Assembly (NCBI GenBank): GCA_031259085.1
Contig: JAIRMA010000041.1
Location: 1,116 to 65,115, forward strand
DNA length: 64,000 nt
Source: Christensenellaceae bacterium
GTDB lineage: Bacteria; Bacillota; Clostridia; Christensenellales; DTU072
Direction: 5' to 3'
Shown here: positions 27,777-37,912 of the stretch, one piece after another
Layout of the letters: the number at the start of each line of letters is the position of its first letter
Numbering within the stretch: the stretch's first letter is position 1
Program-made: the position numbers and the translations under genes
The notes under the pieces: model-generated
What the model saw: the letters and a program-made list of their open reading frames with translations, nothing else
Database searches by the model: none
Told to the model about the DNA's origin: nothing

Positions 27777-30035
27777 GTGAATAATATGAATTCTAAAATT
27801 AAATCCTTCTTAATGTTTATTTTGTTACCGCTCGCACTAGCCGTGGCAACTTTTATTGTTTGCTTTAATCCTAGCATTAGCGCATATGCAGCAACTAACA
27901 GTTTTTCAATTTCTTGTTTGATTGACGGGTCAACAAGCACTATTACAGGTGACTTTCATGAAGCTGAGACTATATATGGGAGAGATTCAGCTCTTGAAAA
28001 CCAAAATTATATTAGATATAGTGTAGTTATAAATGGAAGTTATTCAGTCATCACGTGGGCTAAGGCAGATTCACCTGAGGGCCCTTTTGATTTTGAAAAT
28101 AGCGCTATCAAAGGTTATTCATATGAACTAACAGATGTGCTTCAGTCAGGTTATTATAAGGCTCGTGTCACTTTTGAAAATGAGGAGTATATCGATTCTG
28201 ACGTTACCCTCCACGCGATAATTAATCCTCGCGAAGTTTCTGTAAACTGGAATACTGTATCTTTTGTGTATAATGGAACGCCAAGAATACCGACCGCTTC
28301 AGCTAAAGACTCTCTCATGAAAGATAAAGGCGATGACGGCAATGAATATGACCATATAGTGCCTTTGTCTTTATCAGGGGAGGCTATTAACGCATGTCCC
28401 GTTAATGAGCCATATATTGCAACAGCTGAATCTACTGATCCAAATTATACGATAAAACCTAGTTCTTATCAAAGATCATTTATAATAACAAAAGCCTCTG
28501 TTTCTGTTGATTGGAGCCAAGATAAGGTTGATGGTATTATAGTATTGACATACACATCAGATCCAATATCTCCCACGGCTAACGCCACTACGTTATCAGC
28601 AGATGGGTCAAAGCAAATTTCTATCATAACCACTAAATATACTGATGTTAATCCCACTGAAATTGATTATGTTTCAACCGCATCAATCGATCCTGACGCT
28701 GATCCTACTATATATCTCAATTATTCATTATCAAATGCTACCCAAACTTTCAGAATCTCTCCTAAAACGATTGATTTAACTTGGGATGGATATGAAAAAG
28801 ATAAGATTATAGAATTGACATACAACGGTACACGACAATTCCCAGTACCTATTGCATTATTCAAGGACAATAATTATGCAATTATAGCTGATGATATAAA
28901 TTATGGGGGTGCTGATGTAGGAACGTATCGCGCTAAAGCTATCCCTAGTAGCAATAATTTTGTTTTCGCGGATGCTTATGAAACTTCTGAGCTGAACGTC
29001 ATTAGCTTCAGTATAATACCACTCCCGCGTTTAATAACCTGGTACGACGCTACAGACTCTAATAACAAGGTGTTGGCTACCATAGATAACAATGGATATA
29101 TTGCAATTGATTTAACATATAATAACACTGATCAAATTCAAAATATTGTCGCTGCTCTTCTCGATCTCAATGACAACGAATTAACTTTACTTGTGAGGTC
29201 TGTTGATAACTCTGTTTTCAGAAATGCTGGCGAGTATGAATTAACAGCTGTGACATCTGCATATGATAGTTCATCTAACTATACTGTTGATGTTAACTCT
29301 ATAACAAAGATAAAAGCAATAATTAAAAAAGCTAATGCTCAAATATCTGTAGGAACAAGTGTCTCCTTTATCTATGATGGATTATCTAAAAGCATAGATG
29401 TTCAAAACACAGGTGATGGGGAACTAAAATTTCGCATTAATGACAGTGAAGTGTCAAATTCATTTCTCTATCCTGGGATTTATAATGTGGAAATTTTTTC
29501 TTTGGAATCAGTCAATTTCTTTGCCTCACCGACTGTGCATACAACTATCACTATAAACGCTACGGAACTATCAACTAGCGATAATGACATAGCTGCTATT
29601 ATTGAATTACCAGAAGGTATATCACCAGTTGCAACAATAAAAATATCTGATAAAACTGCTTCTAAAGACACAGCATATTCTAGCACTATTGTTCGTAGTA
29701 TTGATAAGCTCTATAAAATTGACCTTTTTGACGAGTATTCTCAAATTGACTTTACAACCCCTGTCAAGGTGAAAGTCCAACTCAATGGCTATAATAACGA
29801 TGATACAATACGTATTGTTACTCTAGATGGCGATAAATTAATCGAGCAAACTGTAACAATGAAGGATGGTTATTTTACATTCACATTGTATGAGGATGGC
29901 TATTTCGCCTTGACTAGCATTGACGCTGACTCTCTCTTCCTGTGGTGGGTAATTGTTATTGGCGCGATTGCTTTAGTTGGGATAGTCCTGTTAATTGCCT
30001 GGCACAAAAAGCACGTAAGAACTGCACCGTTCTAA
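27777..30035 (+). CDS. repetitive membrane-anchored surface protein (MBG/YDG-like Ig-type modules)
   Basis: Signal peptide, then recurring modules marked by VSFVYNGTPRIP, LTYTSDPISP, LTYNGTRQFP, LTYNNTDQ and VSFIYDGLSKS. The C-terminal TM helix and basic tail read WWVIVIGAIALVGIVLLIAWHKKH. The start is GTG at 27777 or ATG at 27786. Confidence 0.7.
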   Translation: MNNMNSKIKSFLMFILLPLALAVATFIVCFNPSISAYAATNSFSISCLIDGSTSTITGDFHEAETIYGRDSALENQNYIRYSVVINGSYSVITWAKADSPEGPFDFENSAIKGYSYELTDVLQSGYYKARVTFENEEYIDSDVTLHAIINPREVSVNWNTVSFVYNGTPRIPTASAKDSLMKDKGDDGNEYDHIVPLSLSGEAINACPVNEPYIATAESTDPNYTIKPSSYQRSFIITKASVSVDWSQDKVDGIIVLTYTSDPISPTANATTLSADGSKQISIITTKYTDVNPTEIDYVSTASIDPDADPTIYLNYSLSNATQTFRISPKTIDLTWDGYEKDKIIELTYNGTRQFPVPIALFKDNNYAIIADDINYGGADVGTYRAKAIPSSNNFVFADAYETSELNVISFSIIPLPRLITWYDATDSNNKVLATIDNNGYIAIDLTYNNTDQIQNIVAALLDLNDNELTLLVRSVDNSVFRNAGEYELTAVTSAYDSSSNYTVDVNSITKIKAIIKKANAQISVGTSVSFIYDGLSKSIDVQNTGDGELKFRINDSEVSNSFLYPGIYNVEIFSLESVNFFASPTVHTTITINATELSTSDNDIAAIIELPEGISPVATIKISDKTASKDTAYSSTIVRSIDKLYKIDLFDEYSQIDFTTPVKVKVQLNGYNNDDTIRIVTLDGDKLIEQTVTMKDGYFTFTLYEDGYFALTSIDADSLFLWWVIVIGAIALVGIVLLIAWHKKHVRTAPF

Positions 30036-30342
30036 ATCCAATCTATTTAACACTACTTAAAAAACAGTGTTTTCCATTTCTCTCCAAAATAAATCAAATT
30101 TGTTTAGAATACTGCAGGCTTTAACAATGCAAAAACAGCATTGCCACATGCTCATGGAACACTTTTTTAATTTCTAATTTTAAGTGTTTTCTACTCAGGT
30201 TTATTGCCCTATAGTTATATATCCCCCAATTTACCATTCGCTTTAAAAAGTGGCAAAATCAGCCTCAATATAATCACAACACAGAATAAATGATCTATAT
30301 GGTTTTGACCATGTAACATAATATGCTACACTAAATCTAATA

Positions 30343-31791
30343 CTATCTCTGATACGATTTTGGGCTGAATAACATTACGATTGGCAATATTTCAAGTCTG
30401 CCTATAAACATATTTAACACTAATATTATTTTTGAAAAGGCAGAATAATCTGAAAAATTAATCATTTGTCCATTACCTATTGCTGGCCCAATATTATTCA
30501 TAGTAGAAACGGCAACAGAAAAATTGCTGAACAAATCAAAACTTGAATCGAGTGAAAGTAAGAGCCATGATGCAAATATTATTAATATATACATCCCAAA
30601 ATAGCTTGCTACACTAGCAGTTATTGTGTTAGATATCAATTTGCCATCCATTTTTACACCTGTGATAGCGCGTGGTGATATGCTTTTCTTTATATCACAA
30701 ATCCCAGTTTTTATTAGTATTGCAAATCTCGAAACTTTAAACCCACCTGCTGCGGAACCTGCTGAGCCACCTATAAACATCAAGAATAATAAAATTGTTT
30801 GTGAAAAAACAGGCCATTTTGAGAAATCTGCAGTTAAAAACCCACTCGACGAGCTTATCGAGACAACTTGAAATATCGAATGCCTGAATGATTCACTAAA
30901 AGTATCATACGTGGATTCTATAAAATTAGTCACTGTGATTGCACTTGTTGCAAAAATTATAATAAGAAACATCCACCTTAACTCTTCGTTTTTGATTGCT
31001 TGTTTGAAATGCCCTATTAATACAAAATAAAAGAGGTTAAAATTAATCGAAAATATAAACATGAAAACAGTTATGATCGACTCAATGTACAAATTATTAT
31101 ACGTCGCAATGCTTGCTATTTTATATGAATACCCGCCAGTCGATGCTGTGCCAAAGGCCAGTGTAAAACTATCAAAAACAGATACACCTCCACACAATAA
31201 AAGTATTACTAAGAGTGCAGTGAGAGCTATGTATATAGCATATAATATTCTCGCAGAAAATTTTAGTTTACTAACTAGTTTACCAAATTGTGGACCTGGT
31301 GTTTCGGCTCTAAGCAAATGTACCGCTGCAGGCTCATTTTTTGGTATAATTGCTACAACAAAAACCAAAACCCCCATGCCACCTATCCATTGAGTGATTA
31401 CTTGCCAAAATATCAATGAGGAAGGAATCACTTCAGGATTTGCTATTAAACTTATACTCGTCGTGGTAAATCCAGATACTGATTCAAAAAACGCATCAAT
31501 TACATTTGGCAATACCCCGCTTATAATAAAAGGCATTGCTCCAAATATTGATAATTGAATCCATGCTAGAGCTACTACTACAAACCCGCCTCTAGCGCGA
31601 TAAGAGCGATTTTTAGGCCTTTTAATGATGAGTGGTACTGAGTAGGCTACTAATACACCAATAGTTATTAGAAAGGCAGAATATGTTGTAGTCTCGCCTA
31701 ATACTAATGCAATTCCAAACGGGATTAACAGCAAAACCGCTTCCAATGCTGCGATCAAACCTAATATATATGCTGTCATACGATAGTTCAT
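30343..31791 (-). CDS. trkH: TrkH/KtrB-family potassium uptake membrane subunit
   Basis: 482-aa polytopic protein with repeated selectivity-filter-like segments (SGFTTTS, TASTGGYS, SSSGF, MNNIGP). It lies immediately downstream of trkA. Confidence 0.85.
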   Translation of the reverse strand: MNYRMTAYILGLIAALEAVLLLIPFGIALVLGETTTYSAFLITIGVLVAYSVPLIIKRPKNRSYRARGGFVVVALAWIQLSIFGAMPFIISGVLPNVIDAFFESVSGFTTTSISLIANPEVIPSSLIFWQVITQWIGGMGVLVFVVAIIPKNEPAAVHLLRAETPGPQFGKLVSKLKFSARILYAIYIALTALLVILLLCGGVSVFDSFTLAFGTASTGGYSYKIASIATYNNLYIESIITVFMFIFSINFNLFYFVLIGHFKQAIKNEELRWMFLIIIFATSAITVTNFIESTYDTFSESFRHSIFQVVSISSSSGFLTADFSKWPVFSQTILLFLMFIGGSAGSAAGGFKVSRFAILIKTGICDIKKSISPRAITGVKMDGKLISNTITASVASYFGMYILIIFASWLLLSLDSSFDLFSNFSVAVSTMNNIGPAIGNGQMINFSDYSAFSKIILVLNMFIGRLEILPIVMLFSPKSYQR

Positions 31792-31795
31792 TATT

Positions 31796-33154
31796 TTATA
31801 CCAATATATCGTTCAAATCGTCTACGACTTCATCTGACACAACCACTATTACATTATCTCCTATTTCTATTGTGTCTACTCCGCATGGGGTAATTGCATG
31901 GGTTCCTCTTAATATGCCAACGACAAGTGTATTAGTCTTTGTAGGCACCTGTGATAATGGAACAGATATGGCCTTAAAACTTGATGTTGCTAGAAACTCT
32001 ACAATTTCCGCTCTGTTATTTAAACTCCTATATAATTTTTTTATTGAGCTCCCGAATGAATTTTCTTTTTCTCTAACGTAGCGCACTATCTCATTTGCGG
32101 TTGTGGCTTTCGTGCTAATTATGCTATCTATGCCACTTGCTTCTAACAATCTCATGTATGAGACATCATCTATCTTTGTTATAATTTTATTTAAACCCGT
32201 TGTATTGGCAAACAACGATACCAAAATGTTTTGTTCATCTCTACCTGCTAGCGCAACAAAAGCATCACATGATTCTAATCCTTCTTCTATTAGTAAGTCA
32301 TGATTTGTTCCATCTCCATTTATGATTTCTACACCTTTTGAAACATCGTCTAGACTATGACATTTTTCTTCACTAATTTCAATTATTTTAATATGCATGC
32401 CAGATTTTGTTAATTCTTTTAATAAGTAATAGCTTATCCGTCCTCCTCCAACAATTAAAATCCGTTTAGCAGCTTTTGTCATTTTTGAGAGTTTTAAAAA
32501 CATTAATAAATCTGAATCATTAGCAGTAATAAAAATAATGTCGTCAGCCAAAAGTTGAAATGTTCCAGATGGAATAAATATTTCGTCTTTTCTGCGCACC
32601 ACGCACACTAATAATTTAATGTTCAATTTAGAATAAATATCCTTCAAAAATAAATTTGCAAGTGGTGATTTTTCAGAGATCTTCATTTCAACTATATTTA
32701 TTTTGCCATCAAAAAAAGGTTCAATTTTTATCGCCTTAGGATATTTTAAAATCCTTGATATCTCTTTGGCTACTTCATATTCCGGATTAATCATAACGCT
32801 TAATCCTAATTCGCGACCTATAAAAAGACTAAAATACTCTGGATTTCTGACTCTTGCTATAGTATCTCTAACCCCGAGTTTTTTCCCAACAAGTCCACAC
32901 AAAATATTGACTTCGTCATGCGCTGTACAAGAGATTAGCAAATCAGCATGCTGAACGCCAGCTTGTAATTGAATTTCAGAGCTTGCTCCGTTCCCATAAA
33001 CACCTTTAACGTCACAACTTTCAACCGCTAACTCTAGCGTTTTTCGGTCGTTATCTATGACTATTATGTTATGCCCCTCACCAGACAAGCGATGTGTTAA
33101 TTCACGCCCAACACCACCAGCGCCGATAATGATTATGTTCACATTCGTCTCCAT
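31796..33154 (-). CDS. trkA: Trk system NAD-binding subunit (tandem RCK domains)
   Basis: Two Rossmann motifs (IIIGAGGVGREL and ILIVGGGRISYYL), each followed by an RCK_C-like region. Confidence 0.88.
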   Translation of the reverse strand: METNVNIIIIGAGGVGRELTHRLSGEGHNIIVIDNDRKTLELAVESCDVKGVYGNGASSEIQLQAGVQHADLLISCTAHDEVNILCGLVGKKLGVRDTIARVRNPEYFSLFIGRELGLSVMINPEYEVAKEISRILKYPKAIKIEPFFDGKINIVEMKISEKSPLANLFLKDIYSKLNIKLLVCVVRRKDEIFIPSGTFQLLADDIIFITANDSDLLMFLKLSKMTKAAKRILIVGGGRISYYLLKELTKSGMHIKIIEISEEKCHSLDDVSKGVEIINGDGTNHDLLIEEGLESCDAFVALAGRDEQNILVSLFANTTGLNKIITKIDDVSYMRLLEASGIDSIISTKATTANEIVRYVREKENSFGSSIKKLYRSLNNRAEIVEFLATSSFKAISVPLSQVPTKTNTLVVGILRGTHAITPCGVDTIEIGDNVIVVVSDEVVDDLNDILV

Positions 33155-33216
33155 CCTAAATTGCTACCAAACTTTGTAAAGGAATATCCAATTTAATTAT
33201 ACAGCAATTCTAGTTA

Positions 33217-33245
33217 ATATTATCAAATGTTATTTAACCTGTCAA
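33217..33245 (-). promoter_or_regulatory. sigma-70-type promoter for trkA-trkH, TTGACA-17 nt-TAATAT
   Basis: Read on the minus strand, TTGACA is at 33245-33240 and TAATAT at 33222-33217. It lies about 60 nt upstream of the trkA start. Confidence 0.5.
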
Positions 33246-33570
33246 CAAAATCTTACTCTCAATATGAGTGTTCCTCATTCATCTTATGCTCATGCATTGT
33301 TGTGCTTCAATATCTATGTCAGTAGGGAGCAGAACCAAAAACTTAAATTCAATTCGCAAATTTCCGATTTTCAGGAAGATCAGGTTATATTCTATTAACT
33401 GTTGCACTTTTTGCGAGATTTCATTATATTTTTCCTGTTTTGAACTTGTTTTTTCTAGTTTATTTTTAGTGTTTATTGATTCTTTTATCATCTTGGACAT
33501 AATTATGTCCAGAATTTGATATCGTTATTAGTTCTACCTTCCTTTTTCAAACTTAAAGACGCCTCTCTTT

Positions 33571-33798
33571 TTAAACAAGGCTTTTGAGGTATATGTATCT
33601 GTTGATATTGTACAGCAAATTCTTACCTACAATTTCATTTCTTACTTTTTCAGACCAATACTTTGTACCTTTGTCTTTTTGAATGTCATATTCATCCAAC
33701 CAAATTTGCTCCACCCTAGCCCTTATTCTTGAACGCTCTCTGTTTATTTCTTTCTCCTCTGCTGTTAACTCCCGATTCCTATATGCTCTGTTAATCAT
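33571..33798 (-). mobile_element. C-terminal fragment of an IS5-family transposase
   Basis: The 75-aa ORF ...ELTAEEKEINRERSRIRARVEQ... follows the typical IS5 tail pattern (N..xSxxRxxVE). Nothing upstream corresponds to the catalytic core. Confidence 0.5.
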
Positions 33799-33848
33799 AT
33801 GTAGTACAACACTATTAACTAATTTTTTAAATTTTTAATGAAAAATGT

Positions 33849-33877
33849 TTGACAGAGAATTAGGAAGTATCTATACT
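33849..33877 (+). promoter_or_regulatory. sigma-70-type promoter, TTGACA-17 nt-TATACT, in front of the thrS pseudogene
   Basis: Hexamers at 33849-33854 and 33872-33877. Confidence 0.45.
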
Positions 33878-33889
33878 ATACAATGTGCG

Positions 33890-34932
33890 CCTTTTAGTGC
33901 CTATTTAAAGAAAAGCTATTGCTCGACAACAAGTAAAGACCAATGTTGATGTGCAACATGGACGGATGACAGAGTATAGCTATCATTTTGCCAACACGAT
34001 TAAGACAAACTGCGGTGGTAGAGATGTATATTCTTTGGTAGGGTCAACTGCAAAACTGGTATGTATTATAGCGCTAGCGGGCCATAAAACCGGTCAGCGA
34101 TAAGCTAAACATATGCTTTGAGAGCGAGCCGTTTAATTCATTCGTTCCTACAAAAGAAAAATGGTTTGTTTGGGTTGATGGAACCCAGAATAAAGTAAGG
34201 AAGATTGAACAGGTTTTTCTTTTTCAATCTTATGTCTTCATTGATGCGGCCTGGTGTCCCAGAATTGATATTTGATCTCAAAGAGTTTCTGCCCACCTAT
34301 AGTGATACTTGCCGAATATTGATTTATAGTAGAATCACGGGGAGCGTTATGGATACACGCAGGAGCAATTAAACGCACTTAAAAAGCATGACGATGAGCA
34401 AAACGAAACGAGCAGGCTTTCAGTGGTTACTTGGGGCAGGAAAATTGTAAAAAATTCAACCAGGACCATAGATGTAGCAATCAAATACATATCGAATTTG
34501 GACGGTTAAAATGGCAAGAGGCAGATCCTAAGGCTTGACTGACATAAGAGATGTGCAGAGATTATTTTGATATTATAGGCGCCCGAGTACTGTGACTGTG
34601 CTACTTATGATGACATCAAAAGTTATCAATTTATGGATAAAAAGTATATAATCGTTTCAATTTCCGACGTTAAACATGGTGCGTATTGTAAAGCATTGAG
34701 TAAACAACTGTTTATTTAGGCTTTGGATTCGAAATTAATAATGATAGTGAAACTCGGGGCGGGAATTCGCAAACTAGAAATAGAAAAGGTTCCTATTATA
34801 TTTATGTTGGGAATAATGAATTGAGCTATAATACCATTTCTGTGCGCACCAGAGGATTGGGCGATTGGAGAATATGTCTATTGAGGAGTTTATAAAAAAT
34901 ATTGAACCAATATTGGCGCTGGGGACTCCAAA
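33890..34932 (+). pseudogene. heavily decayed threonine--tRNA ligase paralog (many stops and frameshifts; catalytic core largely deleted)
   Basis: No ORF of 60 aa or more in about 1 kb, but ThrRS-like pieces appear in order in shifting frames. These are KNGLFGLME (compare ENGFYYD), YTQEQLNALKKHDDEQ, FGRLKWQ (compare GRxWQ), INLWI (compare FPxWLAP), DKKYIIVSISD, and VPIIFMLGNNELSYNTISVRTRGLGD....SIEEFIKNI (compare IPYMLVVGDKE...VSVRxRxxxDxGxMxxxEF). Confidence 0.55.
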
Positions 34933-35436
34933 ATACCAGAGCTTAGATGATTAATCTACTAGTGAGGTTCCGCCCTTGCTGGGATGTTTTGTGAATGATA
35001 CTCATGATAGCATGGGTTTCTACCCATTCCAGGGCAAATTAATTTTTTCCACTTTAACAGAAATAGCTCTGAAATAGACTCAAAGCTAGATTTGATCCTT
35101 AGGTGTCCATACTAGCAAATAATATAGACTTCTTGTATTAAAATTAAAGGGTTATGAACTGAAAAGTCTAGAAGAATTCTATAAAAATTTCATAGTAGCC
35201 CAAGGAGTGGTACAAATCAAAAATGATTAGATAGGGGTCATTATTAACCGAAGTAAAAGTTTGCCTCTTTTGCTCACATGCATGCGAAACAACAATTTAA
35301 AATACGGTTGGATAGGAAATAAATCACTTTAATTTATACCTAACATCACCTAATCAATTGGATATAATTTTGTCTATAAAGATCTATGTTGAATATGTTT
35401 TTTGGTTTAGGCTCACTAACCTTGGGAGGATCTGTC

Positions 35437-36525
35437 ATGTTTGATGTCATTATAGTAGCAAGTGGGAAAAGCTCACGAATGGGAACTATAAATAAATTAC
35501 TTTTTGAAATTGGCAGTGAATCTGTTTTATCAAAATCAATACGAGCCTTTATATCACATCCAAAAATCACTTCAATAATAATCGTAACTAATAGTGATAG
35601 TATACGGGATGTTCTATCAGCATTCCCACAAGAAAAAGTGATTTGTGTGGCAGGTGGAGAAACACGCTCGGACTCTGTCGAGTCTGGATTAAAATGTGCA
35701 CAAAGTGACTATGTTTTAATTCATGATGCGGCTCGCCCTTTTGTATCATCAGATTTAGTTTCTAGAATAATGGAGAGTGTTGAGAAGAAAGGAAGTGGGA
35801 TTCCTGTTTTACCAATCTCAGATAGTGTGGGCGAAATCTCCAATACAGGAGAATTAGTAGGCCGTGCAAAAAATAAACATGTATCAATACAGACGCCTCA
35901 AGGTTTTATAACAACTGAAATCAAAAAGGCTTATGAACTAAGAAATGGCATAACTTACCCAGATGAAAGCTCTCTGTATATTAGCACATTAAACAAACAA
36001 CCTCTAACAGTTATTGGCGACTCTAATAATATAAAATTAACAACACCTGCTGATTTGTTTGGATTGAATTCGCTCATTGGAATCGGATACGATTTGCACA
36101 GATTGATTCCTAATCGGAAGCTTGTACTAGGAGGAATAGAAATAGCATCTGATCTTGGACCGTTAGCCCATTCCGATGGTGACGCTTTAATACACGCGCT
36201 TATAGATGCTTTATTGTCAGCGATGGGCTCAGTTGACATCGGCACACATTTCCCTAATACTTCACCACAATTCAAAGACGCTGATAGCACTATATTATTA
36301 TCTAATGTATATGAAATGCTCAAGTCAAAACACTTAACTGTTTCAAATATCTCATTAATTGCTATTCTGGATTCACCAAAGTTATCTGATTACATTCCAC
36401 TCATGAAAATCAAAATTTCTAATTTGTTAAACATTAGTCAAGACATGATAGGTATTTCAGCTAAAACAAGCGAAGGTACTCATCTTAATATGCTCGAGGC
36501 ATTTGCCGCTGTAAAATTGCTATGA
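35437..36525 (+). CDS. ispDF: bifunctional 2-C-methyl-D-erythritol 4-phosphate cytidylyltransferase / 2,4-cyclodiphosphate synthase (IspD-IspF fusion)
   Basis: The N-terminal half has IspD motifs (VIIVASGKSSRMG, VLIHDAARPF). The C-terminal half has IspF motifs (IGIGYDLHRL, AHSDGDALIHALIDALL). I chose the ATG at 35437 after GGGAGGA. Confidence 0.88.
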   Translation: MFDVIIVASGKSSRMGTINKLLFEIGSESVLSKSIRAFISHPKITSIIIVTNSDSIRDVLSAFPQEKVICVAGGETRSDSVESGLKCAQSDYVLIHDAARPFVSSDLVSRIMESVEKKGSGIPVLPISDSVGEISNTGELVGRAKNKHVSIQTPQGFITTEIKKAYELRNGITYPDESSLYISTLNKQPLTVIGDSNNIKLTTPADLFGLNSLIGIGYDLHRLIPNRKLVLGGIEIASDLGPLAHSDGDALIHALIDALLSAMGSVDIGTHFPNTSPQFKDADSTILLSNVYEMLKSKHLTVSNISLIAILDSPKLSDYIPLMKIKISNLLNISQDMIGISAKTSEGTHLNMLEAFAAVKLL

Positions 36526-36870
36526 TACTGATTCTTTTCTTAAAATCAGCATCATCAATAATGCAATTTTCATTGTTTTATATATTTTGTAAACTAATTT
36601 TTTTACCGTTTGTTATATGAGTACTAAGCGCATATAATCTATAGGCTCATCAGAAATAACTTTTCTTAGTCCTGTTAGACAATCATCTTTAAAGAACACA
36701 GAGTTGCGATGGATTTTTATGCGCTTTTATTCTATTCAATCCCAAAATTTAATGTTTCCCCTTAAATCAATACTACTAATAAATGTTTTTGTCCCTTACC
36801 ATAACTGGAAATTTCATTAAATTTTTAAAATGATTTGAATAGTTAATTATTTGTGATGCCTTAAAATCTC

Positions 36871-37416
36871 CTAAAAATACCTCTTTAAAAGTCCTTCGAA
36901 TGCACAACCATGGCGCGCTTCATCTTTGCACATTTCGTGTACTGTGTCATGGATTGCATCGTATCCTAGTTTTTTGGCTTCCACAGCTATTTTCATTTTA
37001 CCTTCAGTAGCTCCGTGTTCAGCCATCACCCTTAATTCTAAATTCTTTTTTGTGCTCGCGGTCACAACTTCACCTAATAATTCAGCAAATTTTGCTGCAT
37101 GTTCTGCTTCCTCAAAAGCTATCCTTTTATATGCTTCTGCAATCTCAGGATATCCCTCACGATCAGCTTGCCTACTCATTGCTAAATACATCCCTACTTC
37201 AGTACATTCACCAGTAAAGTTAGCACGCAAACCCTCGATTATAGATGGCTCCACATCTTTTGCAACACCAATACGATGTTCATCAGCCCATGCCAATTTA
37301 GAATCACTAGTTTGCTCTATAAATTTACTGGATGGAGCTTTGCATTGTGGACATTTTTCGGGTGCGCTATCACCCTCATGTACAAATCCGCAGATTGAAC
37401 AAATAAATTTTTTCAT
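36871..37416 (-). CDS. reverse rubrerythrin (N-terminal rubredoxin-like Cys4 + ferritin-like diiron domain)
   Basis: CSICG...CPQC at the N-terminus, then ExxH diiron ligands ([20 protein letters not shown]). The start at 37416 follows AGGAG. Confidence 0.85.
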   Translation of the reverse strand: MKKFICSICGFVHEGDSAPEKCPQCKAPSSKFIEQTSDSKLAWADEHRIGVAKDVEPSIIEGLRANFTGECTEVGMYLAMSRQADREGYPEIAEAYKRIAFEEAEHAAKFAELLGEVVTASTKKNLELRVMAEHGATEGKMKIAVEAKKLGYDAIHDTVHEMCKDEARHGCAFEGLLKRYF

Positions 37417-37444
37417 GAATAAATTCTCCTTATTGTATATATTA

Positions 37445-37873
37445 TTAATTTTCATCGCATTTATTACAGTATGGGCATTTCCCATACACAAACAAATCGC
37501 GCCGAATTTCTTTAAACCCTGATGGCAGAACTATATTGTGAGTTTGTGGATCTAGATTTAGATCAAATATTTGCCCACATTCTGAACATCTAAAATGTCC
37601 ATGGTCTGGCATCGTTGCATCAAACCTCATCACATCACCATCAATACTAACGCTCCTGAGTAACCTCGCTCCTGTTAGAAGTAGTAATGTATTATAAATT
37701 GAAGTGCGCGATAATGTAGGGATCTCGCTCGCTAACTCTTTATAAATCATATCCACTGTCGGATGGCTAGTAACACTCTTTACAAATGAGAGTATCTTAA
37801 GCCTTACTAATGACGGTTTGATTCCTGCTTCTTTTAAAAGCAAAATGTTTTCTGTGTTCATTTTTGTACTCAT
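37445..37873 (-). CDS. Fur-family transcriptional regulator (PerR-like)
   Basis: wHTH N-terminus ([16 protein letters not shown]), [10 protein letters not shown] and a C-terminal CPYC zinc site. It lies upstream of rubrerythrin on the same strand. The start is at 37873 or 37861. Confidence 0.82.
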   Translation of the reverse strand: MSTKMNTENILLLKEAGIKPSLVRLKILSFVKSVTSHPTVDMIYKELASEIPTLSRTSIYNTLLLLTGARLLRSVSIDGDVMRFDATMPDHGHFRCSECGQIFDLNLDPQTHNIVLPSGFKEIRRDLFVYGKCPYCNKCDEN

Positions 37874-37883
37874 TACAATACTG

Positions 37884-37912
37884 ATTATATAACAAAAAAT
37901 AACCCTTGTCAA
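37884..37912 (-). promoter_or_regulatory. perfect consensus promoter TTGACA-17 nt-TATAAT for the Fur-family/rubrerythrin operon
   Basis: On the minus strand, TTGACA is at 37912-37907 and TATAAT at 37889-37884. The first ATG (37873) is only 10 nt past the -10 box, implying a near-leaderless mRNA. Confidence 0.6.

Noticed and set aside
33268-33519. Overlapping 83-aa (+) and 73-aa (-) ORFs between trkA and the IS fragment
   Set aside because: Both are low-complexity, AT-driven ORFs without an RBS or motifs. The region overlaps the trkA promoter/leader area and probably contains IS debris.
33990-34030. GCGGTGGTA resembling the T-box motif (GGGTGGTACCGCG) downstream of the promoter at 33849, suggesting a Thr T-box leader
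   Set aside because: It lies only about 130 nt after the promoter. There is no recognisable stem I, specifier loop or terminator. The stretch reads as decayed ThrRS N-terminal coding sequence instead.
36926-37522. Long antisense ORFs inside real genes. Examples are 36926-37522(+), 31707-32081(+), 52047-52502(+), 35955-36323(-), 47715-48053(-), 3109-3393(-), and many in the GC-rich block such as 63197-63730(+) and 59496-59855(+).
   Set aside because: Each lies opposite a gene with strong family motifs. They have low-complexity or Ser/Arg/Pro-rich composition typical of shadow frames and lack an RBS.
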